NCBI GenBank assembly: GCA_963665665.1
Contig: OY762428.1
Span: 224,001 to 288,000 of the forward strand
DNA from: Candidatus Kapaibacterium sp.
GTDB lineage: Bacteria; Bacteroidota; Ignavibacteria; Kapaibacteriales; UBA2268
Reading direction: 5' to 3'
Length of the DNA: 64,000 nucleotides
This document shows positions 9,469 through 17,190 of the stretch, piece after piece; position 1 is the stretch's first letter, and the number at the start of each line of letters is the position of its first letter. A program made the translations under genes and the position numbers. The notes below the pieces were generated by a model. The model had not been told where the DNA came from, ran no database searches, and worked only from the letters and a program-made list of their open reading frames with translations.

Positions 9469-10350
9469 ATGGCAACAATTATTGACGGAAAACTTATTTC
9501 TGCGCAAATCAGAGAAGAATTAAAAGAAAAAACAGCGAAACTTAAAGAGGAAAAAGGAATACAGCCGGGCCTGGCAGTACTCCTAATAGGAGAAGATCCC
9601 GCATCGCAGGTATATGTTAGAAGCAAGGCCAAAGCCTGCGAAGACCTCGGATATTATTCCATTGTTGAAAAATGGGAACCGGACGTAAGCGAAGAAGATG
9701 TACTGAACAAAGTTAAAGAATGGAATAACAACAATAAAATCCATGGCATTTTGGTTCAGTTGCCTCTCCCCGGTCATATCGACGAAAATAAAGTAATCAG
9801 AACAATCAGCCCTGATAAAGATGTTGACGGTTTTCATCCTGAAAGTATAGGCCGCCTCGTTATCGGTTTGCCCGGATTTGTTTCCTGTACCCCCGGCGGG
9901 ATTATGGAATTACTAAAGCGTACCGATATTGATATGAAAGGTAAGCATGTGGTTGTTGTCGGGCGCAGCAATATAGTCGGTAAACCAATAGCCAATCTAC
10001 TGTACCAGAAAACTCCTGATGCGAATGCCATTGTAACAATCTGCCATACAGCTGCTAAAGATATTAAGTATTATACAAAACAGGCAGATGTACTTATTGC
10101 CGCTGTTGGCAGGGCAAATATTATTGGAGCAGACCACGTGAAAGACGGTGTTGTAATAATTGATGTTGGTATAAACAGGGTTGAAGACGCAAGCGCAAAG
10201 CGTGGCTACAGGCTTGTTGGCGATGTAAACTTCGCTGAAGTTGAACCGAAAGCTAAAGCTATTACTCCGGTTCCCGGCGGTGTAGGGCCAATGACAATAA
10301 CAATGCTGATGTATAATACATTCAAATCAGCATCAGGTGATTTCAGCTAA
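9469..10350 (+). CDS. folD: Bifunctional methylenetetrahydrofolate dehydrogenase/cyclohydrolase
   Basis: YVRSK, GILVQLPLP, KDVDGFHP, GRSNIVGKP, ITPVPGGVGPMT; start moved to ATG 9469 behind AGGAGG. Confidence 0.97.
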   Translation: MATIIDGKLISAQIREELKEKTAKLKEEKGIQPGLAVLLIGEDPASQVYVRSKAKACEDLGYYSIVEKWEPDVSEEDVLNKVKEWNNNNKIHGILVQLPLPGHIDENKVIRTISPDKDVDGFHPESIGRLVIGLPGFVSCTPGGIMELLKRTDIDMKGKHVVVVGRSNIVGKPIANLLYQKTPDANAIVTICHTAAKDIKYYTKQADVLIAAVGRANIIGADHVKDGVVIIDVGINRVEDASAKRGYRLVGDVNFAEVEPKAKAITPVPGGVGPMTITMLMYNTFKSASGDFS

Positions 10351-10642
10351 AATGTATGCAGCCAAACTAAAAATTAATTAATTGGCAAATAATTGAAATT
10401 GATGTTATTATCATATATTTTTATAAACTACTTTCACGAACCCTTTATGTCAACGACCTGCCGGGATTCAAAGGAATAGCTTTAACCTCTTACCCTTCCT
10501 TTTCAGGGAGGGTTTGGAGGAATTAATTTTGAAAATATTATCAAATACTTTAATTATCAATTATAAATTTTTCGCTCTGCTTCGGGATAAAGATTGAAGC
10601 AAAACAAGGATTAAATTTAATATATTTCAGTACGGAAAAAAG

Positions 10643-11377
10643 ATGAAAAATCAGGATACATACCAAACAATTTTTGAAGATGATGATATTATTGTAATTA
10701 ACAAACCATCCGGGATTCTTTCTATTCCGGACAGATATGATCACACCCTGCCAAGCCTTTATAAAATTCTCGGGGATATTTACGAAAAAATATTTGTTGT
10801 TCACAGGTTGGACAAGGGAACAAGCGGAATTATGGTTTTTGCTAAAAATGCAGAGTCGCACAAAAGCCTGAATGACCAGTTCCAGAACCAGGAAATCACG
10901 AAAATATACCATGCCATACTGAAGGGCAGGATGATAGAAGACAAAATGGAAGTAGATATTCCACTTGCCCACAACCCCAGGAAAGCCGGGCAGATGATCC
11001 CATCGGCAAGAGGCAAGGAATCACTTTCGATAATAAAAATTCTTGAAAGTTTCAGGGCAGCGACCCTTGCGGAAGTAAACCTGATTTCCGGGCGTCAGCA
11101 CCAGCTTCGGGTACACTGCTCGGCCATAGGCAATCCGCTGATAGTTGATGATATTTACGGAGACAGCAGCGAATTTTATGTTTCATCGGTTAAACGCAGG
11201 TTCAACCTGAAAAAAGGAACAGAAGAAAAACCGATCATGAACAGGATATCCATGCACGCCCGAAGCCTGAAGTTTAATCATCCGGAAACCAGTGAGCAAT
11301 TGGAATTCCAGGCGGAATATCCCAAAGATTTTGCCGCTGTGCTCCAGGTATTAAGGAAATATGCTTCTATTGTATAA
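10643..11377 (+). CDS. RluA family pseudouridine synthase (no S4 domain)
   Basis: INKPSG, VHRLDKGTSG (catalytic Asp), GRQHQLRVH, D.IYG, MHARSL.F.HP. Confidence 0.92.
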   Translation: MKNQDTYQTIFEDDDIIVINKPSGILSIPDRYDHTLPSLYKILGDIYEKIFVVHRLDKGTSGIMVFAKNAESHKSLNDQFQNQEITKIYHAILKGRMIEDKMEVDIPLAHNPRKAGQMIPSARGKESLSIIKILESFRAATLAEVNLISGRQHQLRVHCSAIGNPLIVDDIYGDSSEFYVSSVKRRFNLKKGTEEKPIMNRISMHARSLKFNHPETSEQLEFQAEYPKDFAAVLQVLRKYASIV

Positions 11378-11701
11378 AAGATAATCCGCTATCTTCGCTT
11401 ATAAACCTTTTAAAATATGATAATCCGAAACAATAATTCCGTCGCGGCAAAGCGCCCGGGGCATTTCCGCCCCCGTCCGATGGAAATTATGGGCCTTTGG
11501 ATTCTCAATATTGCCGGGCATAGCAAACTTCATTAATTTTTAAATAAATATTCACCCGGCAAAAGCGATTACCGGCACTTTCGGATAGAAACAGCAATTG
11601 ATAAAATGGATCGACAGGACTAATAGAACGAAATTCAATATCAAAAAAGTAAATTTCTGTGTTTTCTGAGTAAAATTTTACCTGAAAAAATATTTTTGGA
11701 A

Positions 11702-12292
11702 GCACATCCCAACGTTAAGACGGCACATCCCAACGCTAAGACGGCACGCACCAACGTTAAGACGGCACGAACCAACGTTAAGACGGCACATCCCAACGTT
11801 AAGACGACACATACCAAGGCTAAGACGGCACGAACCAAGGCTAAGACGACACAAACCAACGCTAAGACGTAACATACCAAGACTAAGACGTAACATACCA
11901 ACGCTAAGACGGCACATCCCAACGCTAAGATGACACATACCAACGCTAAGACGGCACGAACCAACGCTATGATAACATATATCAGCGATAATCAGGCTCT
12001 GGAGAACGCTCGGAAGGCACGGGGGAATGCTCGGAAAGCTCGGGGGAATGCTCGGGAAGCACGGTGGAAGGCTCGGGAAGCTCGGGGGAACGCTCGGAAA
12101 GCTTGGGGGAACGCTCGGAAAGCTTGGGGGAACGCTCGGAAAGCACGAGGGAAGGCTCGGGAAGCTTGGGGGAACGCTCGGAAAGCTTGGGGGAAGGCTC
12201 GGAAAGCACGAGGGAAGGCTCGGAAAGCACGAGGGAACGCTCGGAAAGCTTGGGGGAATGCTCGGAAAGCTTGGGGGAACGCTCGGAAAGCA
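11702..12292. repeat. 21-bp-period tandem array, 28 units in one register, two sequence families (A 11702-11974, linker unit 11975-11995, B 11996-12289)
   Basis: A consensus GCACATMCCAACGCTAAGACG x13; B consensus GCWYGRGGGAACGCTCGGAAA x14; unit starts at 11702+21k throughout. Confidence 0.95.
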
Positions 12293-12653
12293 TAAAACAG
12301 CGGGTTTCCGGCACAAAAAATTGTTTCCAAAGAACACACCAACGGCATTAAAGCCAATAATATCATACAATTACATTAACAAAAGCCTGTTCAGCAGAAT
12401 TCCTATAGGAGGATGGCCCGCGCCGCCGAAATAAAATTTCAAACAGTGAGAGTTTATTTTACACTTTCTTTAAATATGACGTTGGGATAAATGATTTTTT
12501 GGCATTATATATAGAATAACTTCCGAATATTTGCCGGATTAAGACAGCTTTTATTTGAGAAATCATTCTTTTCGAGAGAAATAGAACAGGCTCCCTTCCT
12601 ACCTCCCCCCGGCCCCTTCTTTCATACAATATCTGCAAACAAATATTAAGAAT

Positions 12654-12700
12654 AGACTCTTCATTTCGTTCAGCCTGCCCTCGGCTTGTCGGGGAGTGAC
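12654..12700. repeat. REP-like right half with a nested 21-bp hairpin insertion
   Basis: AGACTCTTCATTTCGTTCAG[CCTGCCCTCGGCTTGTCGGGG]AGTGAC; without the bracket it matches the right arm of the other REP-like copies. Confidence 0.5.
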
Positions 12701-12798
12701 ATTTTTTTAGATTTAAAAAAATCTAACTTATTTTTCCTTTGTGCTGAATAGTAACATAATTCGGAAGCCCGATTTCACAACACATCTTTTAATAACTT

Positions 12799-12829
12799 TC
12801 CCAACCCTCTGATCATAAAAGGGTTGGGA
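12799..12829 (-). terminator. Stem-loop downstream of the OmpA-family gene
   Basis: TCCCAACCCT-N11-AGGGTTGGGA perfect 10-bp stem. Confidence 0.55.
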
Positions 12830-12888
12830 TTATAAAATATAACAACAATCAATTTTTTCCAAAATGCATGAAAATTGGATAATCCAAT

Positions 12889-14850
12889 CTACTCTTTTGG
12901 CGTAATCACATAAATCTGTACTGTTCTTGAAAGCTGACGCCCTATTGGCAGGTTATTATCAAAAATCATATTGTTTTCGCCAACCCCCTGAACTTCATAT
13001 TTTTTAGCTTTAACTTTGCCGCTAAGGTAGTCCTTTACAGTTTTTGCCCTTTGTTCGGCCAGTTTCTTATTATAAGATTCGTTACCGATTCTGTCGGAAT
13101 AGCCGTAAATCTGAACTATTGAATTATAACTTATGGCCGGGAGTACATTTTTATCAAGGATATGAATATCTTTGTCAGAAATATCAGCATTATCAAAATC
13201 AAATAATATCAGGCTGAATTTGGAGATTGTTCTGTCGGCGCGGTCTTCAACTTTTTTCCTTGAGAAAGAATAAAAATCAACAGGAACCGAACCGAAAGCA
13301 GTGTTTTCCATATCAGCTATGTTTTCCACATATAATGTGTATTCTACCGGCAGTTCGCTCGCTTTAAGTTCATCAGGCAGAATTACCCATTTTACCGGGC
13401 GAACGTTTCCTGTGCCATTAAATTCACGAATCACGTCGCCGGACTGGGAAATCTCAAGTTTCCATTTTCTAAGTGAATCGGAGCTGTTTACTTTAGGAAC
13501 AAATTCAATCAGGTCAGGTTCAGCCAGAGCCTGGCGTTCACGGTCGATAATAATAGGCTCAAGAATTGAAGGATCATTACTGCTGAATTCAATCCTCCTG
13601 TTTTCTTCAATTCCGTCAGGATCTTTTTGTGCCGAAGGTTTTTCGGGGAGTTCTCCTGCAACTGTTGAAATTCTATCAGGTTTGATACCATAATTTATAA
13701 TAAGATAATTTTTTGCAAATTCTGCTCTTTTTGCTGAAAGATCACTTTCGGAGGATTCATTAGAGCCGTCAACGGTACCGATAATTTTAATCGTAGCATT
13801 GTCATTTACTGCCATTCTTTCGCCGATAATATCCAGGGTATGCATATTTATTTCAAGTGCATCCGCACCCAAAGAGCCAATACTGAAATCACCTGTTTCC
13901 ATTTCGGCAGACAGTGCCTGGTTGTTCTTATCAGGGAAAGGCATATTTTCTTCACAGAAAACGTAAGGTATCATCGGGAAAAGTTCTGTGTACTGAACTT
14001 CTTCAACTTTAATTCTGTCGAGTGGTGCAGTGTTTCCGGCTTTGTCGTAATACCTGACATCATCAAAAGAAACATCAAGAAAATGATCCGGATCCTGTGG
14101 TTTGTCTTCTCCAAGGCCGAATGTGAGGCTTACTCCAAGTCTTAACTGTGGAACTTCCCAGGAATCATAAATATCATTCGAAGATACGCCGCTGAAAGGC
14201 ATTCTGAATGATATTTCAGGAGACAGATAAGTGTTCTCAGAAAGATTGAACACATATCCTGCACCAATATTCAAAGCAACTCTTACGCTTTTGTCTGCTA
14301 TATCAACGCCGGTTTCATTATAAACTAATGGTTCCTGAGAGCCTTCAGTGAGTGTTTCATTATTGTCATACTCTCCGGTTATCGGAATGCCAAATTCCAG
14401 GCCGGTAAGGAAGTAAAGCCTTTTTAGCGGGAGCAGATTATGAAACTGTACTACCGGAGAAACTTCCAGGTAATATAAAGAGGCATCTCTTTCTGCTTTG
14501 TAAGAATATGTATCATTTCCGTCAGTATTTTCTATTGTTGCGCTCATTGTGTTCAGCCCAAGCCGGCCGCTAAGAACGAAATTTTTATCTAACGGATAGT
14601 TTACAATAGCCCCAAGGTTAACACCAAGGCCGTTGGCATTATCAGAGAAAGCCTGGTTCAATAATGGCCTCGTGGTCATTATAGTGTCGGCAGGTACATA
14701 AGGAAAATCCGGGCTGTGCATGTTGTAATTTAGCCCTGCATATACTCCGAAATTCAGCGGCATCGTAAAATCTTCCTCCTCGGCCATTGCCTGCGATGCT
14801 ATAAACCAGACCCCCAGGAAGAAAAGAATTGTCTTCAAGTTTGTTTTCAT
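12889..14850 (-). CDS. OmpA family protein: N-terminal outer-membrane beta-barrel plus two OmpA-C-like domains
   Basis: Signal peptide; amphipathic beta strands ending LRLGVSLTFG; LSAKRAEFAKNYL...ENRRIEF and GYSDRIG..YNKKLAEQRA...SRTVQI peptidoglycan-binding motifs. Confidence 0.85.
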   Translation of the reverse strand: MKTNLKTILFFLGVWFIASQAMAEEEDFTMPLNFGVYAGLNYNMHSPDFPYVPADTIMTTRPLLNQAFSDNANGLGVNLGAIVNYPLDKNFVLSGRLGLNTMSATIENTDGNDTYSYKAERDASLYYLEVSPVVQFHNLLPLKRLYFLTGLEFGIPITGEYDNNETLTEGSQEPLVYNETGVDIADKSVRVALNIGAGYVFNLSENTYLSPEISFRMPFSGVSSNDIYDSWEVPQLRLGVSLTFGLGEDKPQDPDHFLDVSFDDVRYYDKAGNTAPLDRIKVEEVQYTELFPMIPYVFCEENMPFPDKNNQALSAEMETGDFSIGSLGADALEINMHTLDIIGERMAVNDNATIKIIGTVDGSNESSESDLSAKRAEFAKNYLIINYGIKPDRISTVAGELPEKPSAQKDPDGIEENRRIEFSSNDPSILEPIIIDRERQALAEPDLIEFVPKVNSSDSLRKWKLEISQSGDVIREFNGTGNVRPVKWVILPDELKASELPVEYTLYVENIADMENTAFGSVPVDFYSFSRKKVEDRADRTISKFSLILFDFDNADISDKDIHILDKNVLPAISYNSIVQIYGYSDRIGNESYNKKLAEQRAKTVKDYLSGKVKAKKYEVQGVGENNMIFDNNLPIGRQLSRTVQIYVITPKE

Positions 14851-15068
14851 GATAAATTTTCTGATAAATGAAACAAAGAAATTACCTCTTTAATGCTTTT
14901 GCAAAATAATTTATTATAATGTCAGATAAAAATTTATTTCAACATTCCCGTTAATGGCTGGACGCATTAGCAAAAAAAATGTTACATGTATATAAAAGAT
15001 CAAAACATATTCACGGAAAAATCGTAATATTATACAATTAGAATTTTACCATTTTCGGGGAATTAATT

Positions 15069-15749
15069 GTGAAAAAAATTATTATATTATTCAGCCTATT
15101 TGTTGGTTTAAGCTTTTCCGCATATTCTCAGATCGATATTGGCCTCAGGCTTGGCCTATCAACGCCTAACGACAGAATTAATGATGTTTATAACAGTTCA
15201 AATCTGAAGTTTTCAAAAATTATCGACGGAAACTATACCGATGTTTATGGCGATTTAAAAAGAGAAGGGACAAAATCCGGTTACCATATTGGAATGGTTG
15301 GCAGAGTAAGCCTTTCAGATGATTTTGTTTTTGTAGGCGGACTAACATATCATAAGTTCCCGTTGACTGAATTGAAAGTAGAAGACATTGAATCCACGGA
15401 AGATATCGAAAATGCTGTTTACGAGGCGAATCAGAGTTATATTACATTAAATGCAGGTGTAAATTATTATTTTTTAGAACTTATTGTTGATGTTTATGGC
15501 GTTGGTGAATTGCAGTACAACTATCTATCAAGCGATGTAAACCTGATCGACGGCATTGATCTCTTTCCTCCAACAATGAATCCTACCGACAGCAGGGTTG
15601 GGGCAGGCCTGGGTCTGGGTGTTGACCTTGACCTGAAACTTGTAACACTCAACGTAGAGGGTAAGTACAATTTTGCTAACCTCGTTGGAATGGAAGATAC
15701 TGAAAGCTCCAAGAATTACTTCAGCCTTTCATTGTGCGTGTTTATGTAG
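15069..15749 (+). CDS. Outer-membrane beta-barrel protein (small porin/PorT-like)
   Basis: GTG start, signal peptide, alternating hydrophobic beta strands, terminal strand YFSLSLCVFM. Confidence 0.75.
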   Translation: MKKIIILFSLFVGLSFSAYSQIDIGLRLGLSTPNDRINDVYNSSNLKFSKIIDGNYTDVYGDLKREGTKSGYHIGMVGRVSLSDDFVFVGGLTYHKFPLTELKVEDIESTEDIENAVYEANQSYITLNAGVNYYFLELIVDVYGVGELQYNYLSSDVNLIDGIDLFPPTMNPTDSRVGAGLGLGVDLDLKLVTLNVEGKYNFANLVGMEDTESSKNYFSLSLCVFM

Positions 15750-15844
15750 CCGTTCGCCAAGATTCGCTCTGCTCATCTTGTCGAATGGATGGGATCTAAG
15801 CGAGGTCCGCAGAGCGAACCGTGTCGAAAAGAGCATTGGAAATA

Positions 15845-15900
15845 TTGACAATTGTACCATAATTTGTATTTTTGGGACAAATAAAAAGAATATGGGACAA
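15845..15900 (+). promoter_or_regulatory. Fic gene promoter with candidate operator repeats
   Basis: TTGACA at 15845; TATTTTTG (TAnnTTTG) at 15867; TTGTACCA/TGGGACAA inverted pair and a second TGGGACAA overlapping the ATG. Confidence 0.5.
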
Positions 15901-16971
15901 AATGCACCACATTATCAACTTGAAAAACTTCCTCCTTTGAGAGAAATGGTGGAAACCATTGAGATTCTAAGACAAACGAACAAGTCTACGGCTGCCTTAG
16001 CTGAGTTGAAAGGTATTGCAAAAACAATTCCTAATCAAGGAATGTTGATTAATGCCATAGTTTTGCAGGAAGCAAAAGATAGTTCCGAAATTGAAAATAT
16101 TATTACAACCCAGGATGAGCTTTACAAAGCCTTGACTGTGAATAAAACTCATATATCACCAGAGACAAAAGAAGTTGTAAATTATCGCAAAGCAATATTT
16201 CATGGATATGACATTGCGAAAAATCAAGGATTTTTGAGAGTAAATGATATTGTAGGAATTCAACAAGAATTGGTTGATAACACTGCTGGGATTAGAAGTA
16301 CTTCAGGAACTGTATTGAAAAATGATACAACAGGAGAAATAGTTTATACTCCACCCCAAGACAAAGCAGAAATACTTGACTTGCTGACAAATTTTATTAT
16401 TCATTTTAACCAACAAGATGATTTGTCGCCATTAATAAACTTGGCAATATTACATTACCAATTTGAAAGTATTCACCCATTTTATGACGGAAACGGTAGA
16501 ACTGGTCGGATTTTAAATATCTTGTATTTGATACTTAACGAATTGATTGATGTTCCTATTTTATATTTGAGTTCGTATATAATTGCAAATAAACCAGAAT
16601 ATTATCGATTATTAAATCAGACAAATCGGACAGGTAAATGGGAAGAATGGATAATGTTTATGCTTAAAGCAGTCGAAAGCACATCAATAGACACAATTAA
16701 GAGGATTACAGATATCAAAGACCAACTTGATTCTACAATACTTAAAGTTCAGGAAAAAGCTCCCAAAGTCTATAGAAAAGAACTTGTTGAATTGCTTTTT
16801 GAGCAACCATATTCAAAAATTGAGTTTGTAGTAAATAAATTAGGTGTAGAAAGAAAAGCAGCTTCCCGATATTTAAAAGAACTTGAAGATATTGGAATAG
16901 TAGAATCTCAAAAAATCGGAAGAGAGACTTTATATATAAATAAGGAATTGATAGAAATACTGAAACAATAA
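15892..16971 (+). CDS. Fic family adenylyltransferase, SoFic-like (class II, C-terminal wHTH)
   Basis: Canonical HPFYDGNGRTGR; inhibitory SSEIEN motif; C-terminal LFEQPY...AASRYLKELE..GI wHTH; start set at ATG 15892. Confidence 0.92.
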   Translation: MGQNAPHYQLEKLPPLREMVETIEILRQTNKSTAALAELKGIAKTIPNQGMLINAIVLQEAKDSSEIENIITTQDELYKALTVNKTHISPETKEVVNYRKAIFHGYDIAKNQGFLRVNDIVGIQQELVDNTAGIRSTSGTVLKNDTTGEIVYTPPQDKAEILDLLTNFIIHFNQQDDLSPLINLAILHYQFESIHPFYDGNGRTGRILNILYLILNELIDVPILYLSSYIIANKPEYYRLLNQTNRTGKWEEWIMFMLKAVESTSIDTIKRITDIKDQLDSTILKVQEKAPKVYRKELVELLFEQPYSKIEFVVNKLGVERKAASRYLKELEDIGIVESQKIGRETLYINKELIEILKQ

Positions 16972-16980
16972 TGCACGAAA

Positions 16981-17109
16981 GCCTAACAATGTATATACAA
17001 AATAGGCGAAGTAGTAGTAAATTCAAGATCTGTAGCCCCTCTAACTGCGTTGCGTTTTGACAGTAAAGAAGCCCGCAATCTGCCCTACTCATACAATTTA
17101 TCGTTACTT
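16981..17109 (+). mobile_element. Degenerate attC-like recombination site after the Fic gene
   Basis: GCCTAAC (RYYYAAC) 10 bp after the stop, GTTA at 17103, inner complementary TGTAT/ATACA and TAGG/CCTA; about 129 bp. Confidence 0.5.
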
Positions 17110-17131
17110 AATACCTTCAATCATTCCTCAT

Positions 17132-17164
17132 AAAAATAATGCCCGACGCAGAAAAGCGCCGGGC
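17132..17164 (-). terminator. Intrinsic terminator after sucC
   Basis: AAAAATAAT-GCCCGACGC-AGAAAA-GCGCCGGGC. Confidence 0.65.
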
Positions 17165-17190
17165 TTCGTCTTAACGAACTATTAAGGCTG

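Noticed and set aside
10485-10520. CCCTTCCTTTTCAGGGAGGG hairpin as a distinct repeat family
   Set aside because: Only one clear copy and a vague fragment near 12590; may simply be a folD terminator.
11702-12292. CRISPR array
   Set aside because: Units are directly adjacent with no unique spacers, and there are no cas genes in the window.
11702-12292. Diversity-generating retroelement TR/VR pair
   Set aside because: Differences are not adenine-specific, it is a many-unit tandem array, and no reverse transcriptase is present.
11641-12434. Overlapping repeat ORFs (107, 121, 110, 124, 135 and 95 aa)
   Set aside because: Open frames are expected from a stop-poor 21-bp repeat; none has a convincing RBS. 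Not annotated as CDS; the coding question is kept as a finding.
15673-15891. 73-aa N-terminal extension of the Fic ORF
   Set aside because: Overlaps the upstream gene, a palindrome and the promoter; the Fic-like sequence starts at ATG 15892.
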